Shown: in pieces, positions 22,908-34,999 of the stretch
Numbering within the stretch: position 1 is the stretch's first letter
How the letters are laid out: every line of letters starts with the position of its first letter
Source: Octopus bimaculoides
Lineage: Eukaryota
Direction of reading: 5' to 3'
Assembly (NCBI RefSeq): GCF_001194135.2
Contig: NC_068989.1
Location: forward strand, 60,106,720-60,145,309
DNA: 38,590 nucleotides
Program-made: the position numbers and the translations under genes
Notes under the pieces: generated by a model
The model's input: only the letters and a program-made list of their open reading frames with translations
Database searches by the model: none
Told to the model about the DNA's origin: nothing

Positions 22908-22995
22908 TGGTGTGGTCGAAGTAGATAAAACTATAAGTTTGGATAGAAGGCTGCTCTTGGGACTCGAACCCACATCTTCTAGAAACGTGACGCAA
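22908..22995 (-). mobile_element. tRNA-like head fragment (B-box GGTTCGAGTCCC), probably from a SINE or other repeat
   Basis: GATGTGGGTTCGAGTCCCA is similar (16/19) to GATGTGAGTTCGATTCTCA in the palindrome at 15861. No cloverleaf evident. Confidence 0.45.
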
Positions 22996-23624
22996 ACAAT
23001 ATACATGTATGAGAATACAGACACACACATACTTAGACCCATATACACAATCGCACGCGCATATGGAAGCACAGCTATCACTACACCCGTTGTCGCTATC
23101 TTTTGTATCTAATGGTGTTGATAGACTGCATGGCGTATGACTTAATATAGATTCCTCGATTATTTCATTCTTGCTACAGACATATTGTTGGAGATTTGAT
23201 TAAATGTTTTACAGCTTTGTTTCATTAGACACTTAATTAGTAACATAAGCTCGCGTTAATAAAAGGCACCAGAAGGCACTTATTATTTGCTCTCGATTCT
23301 GAAAAGAAATTCATCAGCACAAATCGCTGTTGATAGTAAAATGACTATCACTAATAATTTATTTCATCTATGTCTGAAAGAGCGATTAAAATGTCCTTCT
23401 AACAGACGAAAATATTCTAATCTAATTTAATAGAATTTATGGACTTTACTTACGTATTTTCAGTCATCTCCTTCTTGTGGGATGACAAATTCTTGAATTC
23501 TGCTTAGAGATTGTCATTGGGAGAGGGAGGCTACAAATAATGCAAGATGGTTGGCATTTTATGGTGCACTAATCCTCAGGGAGGTGGCAATTCTCAACTA
23601 TTTGTTGTGCATTTGGATATTTTA

Positions 23625-23842
23625 TATTGGTTTCAAATTTTGACACCAAGCCATCAAGTTCGGAGTATGGGGTAAGTCGATTACATCGACCTCAGTATCC
23701 AATTGGTACCTATTTCATCGAGTGCGAAAGAATTAACGGCAAAGCCGGCCCCAGCAGCATTTGAACTCAGAACGTAAAGACGCACGAAATGCTGCTAAGC
23801 ATTTTGCCTGGTGAACTAAAAATTCTGCCAGCTCGCCGTCTT
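23625..23842 (-). mobile_element. SINE family B copy, type-A tail
   Basis: Full head ...TTCTGCCAGCTCGCCG and tail TGGTTTCAAATTTTG. Confidence 0.9.
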
Positions 23843-24054
23843 TGTATATTTTATATTGTAAAACATTTTAGAGCTATTATTATGCTGTACAACGTTTTTC
23901 ATAACCTAATGTCTTATTAAATATATTGAGTCTAAAGAAAGAAAAGAAGCCCCTCACCTAGATTAACCTAAGGCGTTCAATAAGTATATGCACGCGAAAT
24001 GTTCTGACATGTCATTATTAAATAGAGAATATTCATATCCTAGAAATAAGATTA

Positions 24055-25570
24055 TGCGACATCAGTGTTCTTGGTGTACTGGGGACGTATTGGATTGAGG
24101 TTGGACACTTCAACACGCATAGTGTACGCTAGTTGTCTACTCTAGAGGAAACCTGCACAGAATCGGTGCGGGAGTTCTCCGTATTAAGAACATCCCCCAA
24201 AATTTGATTTTCTACAGGGCAGTCATTGCTCAGCTACTCTATATGCGTTTAAAACCCTTACCTTTCAACCTGTTTTAAATCCCTGTCTATGTGTCTACAA
24301 CGGATGCAGATGGGGAGGAGATACAGGCCTTTTATTGCAATGTGCAAGACATTCTCTTGCTACCCAAGGCAAGCCCTGTGCTGGTTATTAAGGACCTTAA
24401 CACTAATGAGGATAAGAACCCCTTGGGCAGTGAGGCATGTAGGTGTTAGGACCTAGGACCTCTGAACTGCTCTGGGTAGCGACTTCTCATCACTTCTAAT
24501 GACGACAACAGTCTCTATGTTGCCTTTCAACAGCCAAAATGGAGAGGCTGAAATTGGAAATTTCTTAATAAGAAGCACACTGACCAGATCAATCACATTC
24601 TGATGAAGTGACATTATACAGTGGTTGGTAATCGGATGTTCAAGTGGCGCGTAAGCCAACGGAATGATTTAACATCAGGAAAGAATTTTGGCAACTGTGT
24701 CTTGTTTCGCCTCTCTGTTTTAACTCTACGCTTAGAAGGTGATGCAGAAGTTGGTGACTGATCTCGGTTAGATTCGTGTATGCAGCAGTGTCCTGGCTTT
24801 AAGGGTACCGCGAAAGGTATGGCTGGAGGCCCAACCTTCCGAGAAAAACAGAAGGACAGCTGCAATAAGTGTGAATTTGAGAGGGAAATATGTTGAATAA
24901 AATTATAATTAACTGATCCTTCTGTATTTTTTTTTTACCAAAAGCCAGGAACTTTTCAGCCTCCTCTTGCAAATAACCTTCGTTATGCTGATACCATTAT
25001 GCTTGTTAAACTCCAAATATTGACTCACAAACTTAGTGAAGTCTCCAGTGAGTTTCAGTTAGAGATTAAAACCCAAAAGAGTAAGATCATGGCAGTTATC
25101 AGAGACTCAGAGCAGTTGATTATACGATCAGAGGGTCAAGATAACACAAGTTGACAACATCAAGTACGTGTGGTCCATTCTTGCCATACAGCGAACTACA
25201 TTCAGGTAATCAGAGAAAAGCGTGGTGAAAAGATCAGCTTTGAGGTCACTTAAGTACAAAATGGAAAGACTATACCCTCAGCAAAAGCATCAAGTGAAAT
25301 CTCTAAAAGCTTGGTCTGAAAGTAGCATCATATGTGGATGAAGCATGGAGCTTAAGGGTAGTTGACACCAAGTTTCCGAGGCCGTTCGAGGATCATTTGG
25401 GTGACTCGTAGGGTGAATGGTTCAGTCGTGGAGGAGCTGGGAGCCGAACGTAAGTTTGTGACGATGGTTAGGCGGCGAATACAGCAATATTTTGATCTCA
25501 TTAGCAGGGCCAATAATCTCCACGAATTACAAATAGCTACAGTAGCAACAACAATAAAATTCAAGCACAC
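24055..25570 (+). mobile_element. RTE-BovB-like LINE relic (APE endonuclease, deleted middle, RT C-terminal half)
   Basis: ISVLGVLGTYWIEVGHF; MRLKPLPFNLF*IPVYVSTTDADGEEIQAFY; FQQPKWRG..DQINHIL; ANNLRYADT; RIIWVTRRVNGSVVEEL..RRRIQQYF; many stops. Confidence 0.85.
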
Positions 25571-25639
25571 AAAAACCGCCCCTTAATGTCTCTATTTGAG
25601 CTGATGAAGTGCACAGCACAAAATGACACCCACCTTACT

Positions 25640-26133
25640 ACGAAGGAGGAGGATTTCCTCTCGAAAGAAGATAAGATTTGTTTTCTCACTGTGGTAGCAA
25701 TTGCGAGACAGGTAATTTGGAGAACGAGGATGAAAGGGTTAAAGTCGGGCATTTTCATCTCTGGCTCTGCACTGGTGAATTATTACACCTTCCATCTTAA
25801 AAAGGAAAATAGAGCTAGAGAGGAAATGCCTGACGGCGAAAACGTTTGAGAGTCGATGGAAGAATGTAGCACGAATGTTGCGAGTGGATGTAACCACATG
25901 AACGCGACACGGGCTTTATCTGAGGTATCAGTGGCGAAGCGGGGCTCGTGGGGTCCGTGCTGCACCCGTCTTTCCACTCCGTCCGTAATGTCTTCCGGTC
26001 TGTCTTATCATTCATTTTATTTATTTTGTGTTAACATTTTAAGTCATCTTTTTGTTTCTGTCATCCGTTTCTCTGACCCCAATCTGATGTATTGTCACCT
26101 CCGTGTTGGCCCCTTGTGGGCAATAAAGAAATA
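25640..26133 (+). mobile_element. 5'-truncated L1/Tx1-like LINE (ORF2 C-terminus, 3'UTR, AATAAA)
   Basis: ICFLTVVAIARQVIWRTRMKG...LVNYYTFHLKK/KIELERKCLTAKTFESRWKNVARML*; pyrimidine-rich UTR; ends GCCCCTTGTGGGCAATAAAGAAATA. Confidence 0.7.
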
Positions 26134-26218
26134 GTAAGTTCCAAAGCATCAGCAAATACATTTTTGCTTAGCATTGTGACGTCATTAGAATTTTATATGA
26201 CATTAGGAAAGCAATGCC

Positions 26219-26249
<31 letters not shown>

Positions 26250-26333
26250 TGTATGTATGTATCTCTCTATCTACTACCTACCTCCCTCCTTCCCTCCCTA
26301 CGTACGTACGTACGTACCTACCTATCTACCTAC

Positions 26334-26417
<84 letters not shown>

Positions 26418-26465
26418 CTGCATGTCTGTTTGTCTGTCCTGTGTCTGTGTGTCTGTGCATACACA
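26219..26465. repeat. Compound (TATG)n/(TACG)/(TACC)/(TATC)n microsatellite
   Basis: Seen directly in sequence. Confidence 0.95.
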
Positions 26466-28371
26466 TATATCTTTCGTAATAATCGAGGCTGATAAGAAAC
26501 ATCATACAATGTTAACATCTTTCATTATATTCCACGTGTATTTATGTTGGAAATATATTCTGTAGGTCAACACGAGGAAGAGTAATGTGAAATATAAAAG
26601 TCAATAGAAGTTTGAAATATGTATAGTGTTGTACACATTGTCGCCGTTTCCATTGTGTATATGCAACTTGATTTAGCCCCAGTACAGCGCTTCAAATTGC
26701 TGAAGTTAAGATAAACATTACAGTAATTTATAACTTCGACGCAGTGTTTTCAGTTTTGGGCATTCAGTTTAGATAAAAATTGACGTCGAGATTTCTTAAT
26801 TCATGTAAAGCTTCTAAAACGTAGATTGAAGTGTTCAGAAAATATACTTAACACTTCTCAAATATGATTCAATTGTTTGAGATTGGCGAGATACTAAGAA
26901 ACAAACAAAAGCGGTTATCCATTATTATAATGTTAAAAGTTATTTATAAGGATGTGACCCACTGCAAAGGGTTAAGATATTTTCTGTATCAATTTAATAT
27001 TTAACCTTTGTCAGAAAATGATTTGCATGCTGATATGCATCGGTATTTCTCAATGTCTTGAATACAACGAGTTTATATTTAAGAAGAGTAAATGGCTTTC
27101 AGTATAAAGGAAGTTATCTACGAAGTCAAAAGTTCAACAATAATATTAACATGCACCTTTTGAATGGCGAATAAATCCTTTTCATTCTCAACATCAGCAT
27201 TGATTCATATAAGTTATGAAGAAAGATCTTTCGAACAATAACCAGAATTATCTTGCAGACACCTGGTAGAAGAATACTTGAGGCCATTAATTAAAGTCAC
27301 TTCTCAAGAGGCACGAAATATATATTTGTATGTGCACTAAAATAGCTGAAGTCATCAACAGGTCAAGAATATTGGATAATTGTACGAGAGTTTATTGTAA
27401 CAGCTGACAGGCTTCTTTCTAATCCTCTCTACCATTCTAAGTAGTGTACAATAAGGAGCTTATCCATATATTATGCTCAAATATATAATGTACTGAAAGA
27501 CTTTCCCATTATAGGAAAATATCAATTGATGTCCAAATCAATAGACATTGGTCTAACTATACCGATTCTAATTTTGTTTCATTCAGATCTCCTAAAAAGT
27601 CAGATATATTAAAATGTCAGCTAAACCGTGTCAAGTTAGATTAACATTTTTGTTTAGATTGTATTATTGTATAAAAGAAAAACGTTAGACTTTGCCAGAT
27701 AAATTCACTTTACTATTTACTCCCGATGTTCTTACAAATCTTTTAATGCTACTGTTTACTTTGATGTATGGAGTTTCTTAGAGACAATATATTATATTTT
27801 TCTCTTCAAACAAGTGGCAAATATTTATCTAGTTATGAAAAGAATAATCTTTATCAATTTCAGTCTTTGCAGAAAGAAATGAAGTTTTAAAGAATAAGTT
27901 TGTCGGAAACTTTCTGAAGCTAACATCACCAGCAATACTATTAAAACTGTGATAGCTGTACAATAGAATATATAATCTATATACAACTAGTATATATATA
28001 TATAGTAATTTATTCTAGTGAATAGTTTACACATACCACTCTGAGGTCAATATAATTAAGTCTAAGAAAATGACTCCATTATGTTTCTGCATACATCTTA
28101 TCATCTTTCGGATAATAGCAAATGCAAAGAAAGATGTTGAGTTGCAATCAAACACAGGTAGATCGAAGAACAGTTAATGAAAAGCAACATTTAAAATATT
28201 CTATCACACTAACATAAAGAAACAGCAGTAAGTTGCAATGTATGTATGTAATGTATGTATGTATGTTTCAAAAGAGCACAAGTATAGCTATAAAACTAAC
28301 GAACTAGTTCATCAATATCATGGTTCCGGATCCAATCAAACTGGAAATTAGATCGATACGGCTGATTAAAA

Positions 28372-28428
28372 CCCATGATGACAGTGCTCCAGAAGAAACG
28401 CAGTCCAATTACTGAAACAAATAAAATC

Positions 28429-28430
<2 letters not shown>
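28372..28430 (+). mobile_element. SINE family C 3'-tail fragment
   Basis: GACAGTGCTCCAGAAGAAACGCAGTCCAATTACTGAAACAAATAAAA matches the family C tail. Confidence 0.65.
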
Positions 28431-28461
<31 letters not shown>

Positions 28462-29158
28462 NNNNNNNNNNNNNNNNNNNNNNNNNNNNNNNNNNNNNNN
28501 NNNNNNNNNNNNNNNNNNNNNNNNNNNNNNNNNNNNNNNNNNNNNNNNNNNNNNNNNNNNNNNNNNNNNNNNNNNNNNNNNNNNNNNNNNNNNNNNNNNN
28601 NNNNNNNNNNNNNNNNNNNNNNNNNNNNNNNNNNNNNNNNNNNNNNNNNNNNNNNNNNNNNNNNNNNNNNNNNNNNNNNNNNNNNNNNNNNNNNNNNNNN
28701 NNNNNNNNNNNNNNNNNNNNNNNNNNNNNNNNNNNNNNNNNNNNNNNNNNNNNNNNNNNNNNNNNNNNNNNNNNNNNNNNNNNNNNNNNNNNNNNNNNNN
28801 NNNNNNNNNNNNNNNNNNNNNNNNNNNNNNNNNNNNNNNNNNNNNNNNNNNNNNNNNNNNNNNNNNNNNNNNNNNNNNNNNNNNNNNNNNNNNNNNNNNN
28901 NNNNNNNNNNNNNNNNNNNNNNNNNNNNNNNNNNNNNNNNNNNNNNNNNNNNNNNNNNNNNNNNNNNNNNNNNNNNNNNNNNNNNNNNNNNNNNNNNNNN
29001 NNNNNNNNNNNNNNNNNNNNNNNNNNNNNNNNNNNNNNNNNNNNNNNNNNNNNNNNNNNNNNNNNNNNNNNNNNNNNNNNNNNNNNNNNNNNNNNNNNNN
29101 NNNNNNNNNNNNNNNNNNNNNNNNNNNNNNNNNNNNATATATATATATATATATATAA
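28431..29158. repeat. (TA)n flanking assembly gap 28462-29136
   Basis: Seen directly; explains the 265-312 aa X-filled ORFs. Confidence 0.97.
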
Positions 29159-29289
29159 AGCAAAATAGCTTGTTATAAAATCTCAAGAAGAGATAGAGTA
29201 ATAACGTATAGTAAACAATAAAGCGAGTAGCCACATCAAAGTGGCAGTTGACTGTTACTACTGGTTTAACCCCAGGTGGATTATCCGTC

Positions 29290-29510
29290 AGCTGGTTTTC
29301 GGTGCAAGCTCTGCACCCTTTATATGCAATATAAAGCTAGCAAGGGGAGAGAACCCCTACTACCCTCCAGCAGCTAACAGGATCGCGGGATTGGCCCAGT
29401 TTCGAGCGATTTGTCTCACATCAGGTGCGTGCACCTGCGCAGTGGAGTGATAGCTAAGATCCGCCTCTGCCAGCGATATATTGTAAACAAAGTGACCATG
29501 GGTCACTGAT
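29290..29510 (-). promoter_or_regulatory. Candidate TATA/CCAAT promoter patch with several short palindromes
   Basis: CCAAT (minus, 29390-29394), TATAAAG (minus, 29318-29324), E-boxes CACCTG/CAGGTG, TGTTTAC-type motif, AGTGACCATGGGTCACT (29491-29507); GC-richer than its flanks. Confidence 0.3.
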
Positions 29511-29529
29511 TTGCAACGAGCATAATAGA

Positions 29530-29562
<33 letters not shown>

Positions 29563-29709
29563 TAGATTTAGATATGAATGTATATTCAGTCACCCAATCA
29601 AATTTAATTGCTTTTTTGTTGAATTGTATTATATCATATCATATTATGTGTACCGTCACAATTTTTAGTATGATCACAACTGTCCGATGAATAGAAACGA
29701 GAAACTCTG

Positions 29710-29956
29710 GCAGAATCTGGTAGAAGGCGGCGAGCTGGCAGAGTCGTTAGCACGCTGGCCGAAATGCTTTGCGGTATTTCGCTCGTCGTTACGTTCTGAG
29801 TTCAAATTCCGCTGAGGTCGACTTTGCCTTTCATCCTTTCGGGGTCGATTAAACAAGTACCGGTTACGCACTGGGGTCGATGTAATCGACTTAATCCCTT
29901 TGTCTGTCTGTGTTTGTCCCCTCTATGTTTAGCCCCTTGTGGGCAATAAAGAAATA
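29710..29956 (+). mobile_element. Full-length SINE family B copy, type-B (L1/Tx1-like) tail, 17-bp TSD
   Basis: TSD AGAAACGAGAAACTCTG at 29693-29709 and 29957-29973; head GGCGGCGAGCTGGCAGAG..GAGTTCAAATTCC. Confidence 0.95.
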
Positions 29957-30812
29957 AGAAACGAGAAACTCTGACTAACAGTTTGTGAAGATATTTTCAG
30001 CTTTAATAAAAGCATACTCGTTATTCAAGTACTAATTTTTTCCATTTTTTTTTGCATTTATGTGCTTACTCCTATGTATGTATGCTTGTATGCATGTATG
30101 TATACACATATATTTATGATAGGAAACTGACTGATAAAAGGAAAGAGAGGGTAAGAGGAAAGAAAGAGAGAGGGGGAAGGAGAGGGATTCATAACATGTA
30201 TCCTTTTAATGTTGAGTTTTGCTAAGCGTCGGTTAGTTTTTCCGTCTGCTGGCAGATCAAACTAAGAGCTCCCAAAGACAACGTTTTATTAAACTTTTCA
30301 AGTGCTTTAAATCCATTATGAAGGAATTATGGAATTATCAAACATTAAACATCATACGGAAAATATTAAATGCTTCCAGAAAACTAGAAATATTGATGTT
30401 TGGTTAGTGAGTATCAGGAAGGTTTATAGCTATTTAGTCGGTACGTAGTTGGAGCATGAAGGAAAGCTGTTGCCATCGGCATTCAACGAGTGTTTACATA
30501 TTGTTGCTTATGTGCCGAGAGAGTGAGATTAATGTTTTTTGATGTTTACAAGCTTTTTTTTTTAGCAGCTCCAATGAAATCGAAATATGAGGATCAAAAA
30601 TTTAGAAAATCGCAGCATTAGATACATATCACAGTATATGAGTGTGACTTGAAAATCTTTTTCTCCACTAATATAAATACATATGTTTCTATTTATATGT
30701 AAGCATCATTAAATTCATACCTTTCATATACGTATGTATGTAAGAATGTATCTATATATGCATGTATATATATGAGTGTTATATATGCGTGTTTATATAT
30801 ATATGGCTATAT

Positions 30813-30814
<2 letters not shown>

Positions 30815-30848
<34 letters not shown>

Positions 30849-31080
30849 NNNNNNNNNNNNNNNNNNNNNNNNNNNNNNNNNNNNNNNNNNNNNNNNNNNN
30901 NNNNNNNNNNNNNNNNNNNNNNNNNNNNNNNNNNNNNNNNTTCATCAACTTGCAGACATTGTATCGTGTCAATTTTAGTTGTTTATTTGTTTACTAAAAG
31001 GACAACAATAACAATATACAAACACATGTGACATATTATGTCATATCAGTAATTATAAAAATGACAACCCCTAACTTTCT

Positions 31081-31122
<42 letters not shown>
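30815..31122. repeat. (TA)n tracts and gap 30849-30940
   Basis: Seen directly in sequence. Confidence 0.93.
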
Positions 31123-31123
<1 letters not shown>

Positions 31124-31324
31124 GAGATGACAAAGGTAAACGGTTATGCTATGAATCTCATTAGCTTACAGCTGTTTCTGTTATAAGATACAATGGATTC
31201 ATAGATGAGTGCCTAAATAACATCCTTTAATTAATCGGAGCTACGTCTAACGAAGTGGTGCAATTTACACCCCACCATACACAATCATATAAATGGTGGT
31301 GGATCTCTGTCATCTAGCGGTTAG

Positions 31325-31592
31325 TATTCAGTTGAATTATCTGCTCCCGAATTAACTTGCACATAGTCGAGCATTCCACTGACACGTGTACACTCAAAGT
31401 AATTCTGTACCATCGTGACGATGTGTGTGACAAGCCTAAATCTATCCGACTAGCTTTCTATATTGTTAATGTCTACCCAAATTCATTTAAAATTCATGGG
31501 TCGTAGAAAGTGATGTTTGCCCAAACCAAGATGCAACACATTAAAATCGAATCCAGGACCTCATGGTCGTAATCATTCGCCCACTCTGCGCC

Positions 31593-31595
<3 letters not shown>
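31325..31595 (-). mobile_element. Degenerate SINE family A copy
   Basis: GAATTAACTTGCACATAGTCGAGCATTCCACTGACACGTGTACAC aligns with about 3905-3950; degenerate tRNA-like head near 31540-31592. Confidence 0.7.
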
Positions 31596-31623
<28 letters not shown>

Positions 31624-31832
31624 TGTATGTATGTATGTATGTATGTATGTATGTATGTACGTACGTATGTATTTATGTATGTATGTCATTGTTCAGTTTC
31701 ATTTCAAGATTTCTTGCAAATAGAGAAAGAGCCAGTTTCTAATCTAGATTCAAGGCTCCTTCATTGGAATTTCAACATCAACAACAAAATACTTTTGTAT
31801 GTATGTATGTATGTATGTATGTATGTATGTAT
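31594..31832. repeat. Two (TATG)n microsatellites
   Basis: Seen directly in sequence. Confidence 0.95.
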
Positions 31833-32973
31833 CTGTGCAGATTTGTATGTTTTGCTTTATGCATGTATTCCCATGCATATAGTTGCATAGCTAGACATGC
31901 TTATATATATTTAAATGATAAACTTCTGGTAAGTTCCCGTGATGGATTAGTTAAGTAGTCTTCGAATTAGCTTTTTCCTTTCTGGTTTTGAGAAGCCTAA
32001 TTTCTCAAAACTGCTGTGTGTGTATGTATGTATACACACACGCACCCCTACACGTACACATACATACACATGCACACATAAATTATCTCAGTGAAATCAT
32101 TCATGAATTAGATTAATCAGGTAGGTGGTAATGTACTAAATGATGTAGGGAAAAAATTCTCAAAAATGGAAATTTGTCTCTTTTAGTTGGAGAATGAAGC
32201 AGAAATCTAGCAGTAATTGTTAAAGACTCTTAAAGATAAGATATTTTAGTTGGGTTATTCTTTACTGGAATATTTTACGTGACCCGTGACCAAAAAGAAA
32301 CTTTCAAACATGCCGTCTACTGAAATCTAGCTTTTGTTGTTATGTCTTCATATGTACCTTTGATGCAAACGCCTTATTATCATTATCTTCAGTTTTAATA
32401 ATTTAGTAATACAGAAATCAATGTTTTGGAGAGTACTTGAATCACCATAAACATTTTCACGAACATATATACATATATACACTTAGAGGAATGCGTTCAT
32501 AAAACAAATGCACAAAGGAGAAAAATATGTACCTCCAACATTTCCTAAATGTATGCTCTTGGACTACAGGAACTATTTCTGTTAGCTCACTTTTGTAAAT
32601 ATTCAAACAACACCATATAATTGTTCGTAATCTCTTTTACCCATTATTAGGTAGACAATGACTACCACCAACGTGAAATATTTCAATTTATATCACCGAT
32701 TCAATGAAATATTTTCTCCTTAGTTCACTGCTTAGGATTATGCAAATTACTTTTATACAATCTCATCTATCAATTTTATTGATGTTTTCAAAACAAGCTG
32801 TGTCCCAAGGGAATGAAATGGGTGTTACGAACAATTACGCCAGCACGGAAAGTGTAACATTTCGCACTAAGATCCTTCAATAAAGTAGTAAGGTAATCAT
32901 AATGGCTTGCAGAACGATTTAAATAAATTAAGAAAGATGCATTATTTGATAATGTAAACTAGGGTACTTCATG

Positions 32974-32975
<2 letters not shown>

Positions 32976-33037
<62 letters not shown>

Positions 33038-33047
33038 NNNNNNNNNN
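32976..33047. repeat. (GA)n microsatellite and short gap
   Basis: Seen directly in sequence. Confidence 0.97.
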
Positions 33048-33499
33048 GTAGCTGGAATGACCAGGGAGTGAACTATAACAAAACAGAAACAACATAAAAA
33101 AAGCATCAACAACAACAACAGCTTTTAATACAATGCTAGTAAATAGAAAGATAATTACTGATATATGTTGAAATATAGTAAACAATGACGAATTGTAAAC
33201 AAAAAAAAATCTTCGAAAGGTAAGTGCTGTGAGGAGTGATAAATTCTCATGTTTTCGAGAGAAGAATTCTCTCCTGAAAAAGCGAAAAGAAAAGAAAAAA
33301 AAGAAACAAAAAAAAAGAATAAAAACAACCAACAGCGAAACCTGAAAACATGTCTTTTATTGGTATTTGACATTTGCTATAGACATGCTTTTTTATGGCT
33401 CTTTGATGTAAGCTCCACGTTATTCTTTTCGGTTTCGAGTATTTTAATAATACAGAAATCAAACTGTTGTTGACTATATATGCCACCACAGACATTTCC

Positions 33500-33529
33500 A
33501 TAAACACACACGCACACACACATGCACGA

Positions 33530-33560
<31 letters not shown>

Positions 33561-33690
33561 TGTTTAATCAGAGAAATATACACGCATATAATCAGTAGTT
33601 TATACGTATATTAAAGTAGATGGCAAAACATCCCACCCTTCGCACATGCCCATACATACATACATACATACATACATACATACATACCTA
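33500..33690. repeat. (CA)n and (TACA)n microsatellites
   Basis: Seen directly in sequence. Confidence 0.9.
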
Positions 33691-33840
33691 TCTTCCACTA
33701 CATATACATATATATGCACACTTACAGAAAATATATTGAGACACAAATAAAAGATTGATTAGATTTAACACTATTTAACTATCAACGTTAGCATACGATA
33801 TTAAAAATTTATATTGACATGTCATACAGTGGTGATGATA

Positions 33841-34978
33841 ATGGTTTTAGATTTTGGTACAATACCAGTCATTTTAGAGCTGGGAGGTGAGTCGATTACA
33901 TCAACCCCCAGTTCTTAACTGGTACTTATTTTATCGAACCCGGAAAATGAAAGGCAAATAAGATCGCGGCAGGATTTGATCCGAGAAGATAAAGATTTGG
34001 AAGAAATACCGCCAATAATTTTTTTCGGACGCTCTAACGATTCTGTCAGCTCACCGACTTAATTGTTTCTTATAGGCACAAGGTCAGCAATTTTGAGAGG
34101 GATGGTGTTAGTCGATTACATCGATTTAAGGACTTCACTGGTATTTTACTTTATCGACTCTGGAGGAATCAAAGACAAAGTTGAAATTGGCAGGAATTGA
34201 GTTCAGCACGTAAAGAGCCAGTAGAAACACCACAAGGCATTTTTCTGCGACACTCTAACGATTCTTTCATCTCGCCGCCCTAGATAATAATTATAGAAGT
34301 CTCTACAATTTTCAGGAGGTTGACTGGAATTAAGACAGTACATGTAGTTAACATTATTTTCAAATTTCGGTACAGGGCCAGCAGTTTTGGAGGGGAAGAT
34401 TAAGTCGATTATATCTACTACTTAACTGGTAATTATTTTACCGACCCTGAAATGATGAAAGGCAAATTCGACTTCGGGGGAATTTGAATTCGAAACATAA
34501 AGCTGGAAGAAATACCTATTTCTTTACTACCCACAAGGGGCTAAACACAGAGGGGACAAACAAGGACAGACAAAGGTATTAAGTCGATTACATCGACTCC
34601 AGTGCGTAACTGGTACTTATTTAATCGACCCCGAAAGGATGAAAGGCAAAATCGACCTCGGCGGAATTTGAACTCAGAACGTAACGGCAGACGAAATACC
34701 GCTAAGCATTTCGTCTGGCGTGCTAACGTTTCTGCCAGCTCGCCGCCTTACGTGTAGTTAATACTGGTTTCAAAATTTGGCACAAGACCAGCAATTTTGG
34801 GGGGAGCGGTTGCGTCGATTACATCGGCCTCGTTGATCAACTGGTACTAATTTGATCGACCCCGAAAGGATGAAAGGCAAAACCGACCTCGGCGGGATTT
34901 GAACTCAGAAAGTAAAAGCGGAATAAATGCTGCTAATCATTTTGTCCAACTCTCTAACGATATTACTACTCGCTGTCT
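33841..34978 (-). mobile_element. Head-to-tail array of five SINE family B copies (about 33841-34060, 34063-34281, 34355-34516, 34517-34749, 34760-34978)
   Basis: The core GTCGATTACATC..CTGGTAC..ATCGAC..GAAAGG recurs five times in the same orientation; the fourth copy has the type-B tail and is the least diverged. Confidence 0.88.
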
Positions 34979-34999
34979 TGAAATATGAAATAATAATAA

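Noticed and set aside
22908-22995. tRNA gene
   Set aside because: Only a B-box/T-arm is present; no acceptor stem or full cloverleaf seen.
27000-27600. Decayed secreted PAN/lectin-like coding relic (MICMLICIGISQCLEYNEF..)
   Set aside because: Many stops and frameshifts; the pattern could arise by chance in AT-rich DNA.
28296-29234. 265-312 aa ORFs
   Set aside because: Almost entirely N-gap and (TA)n.
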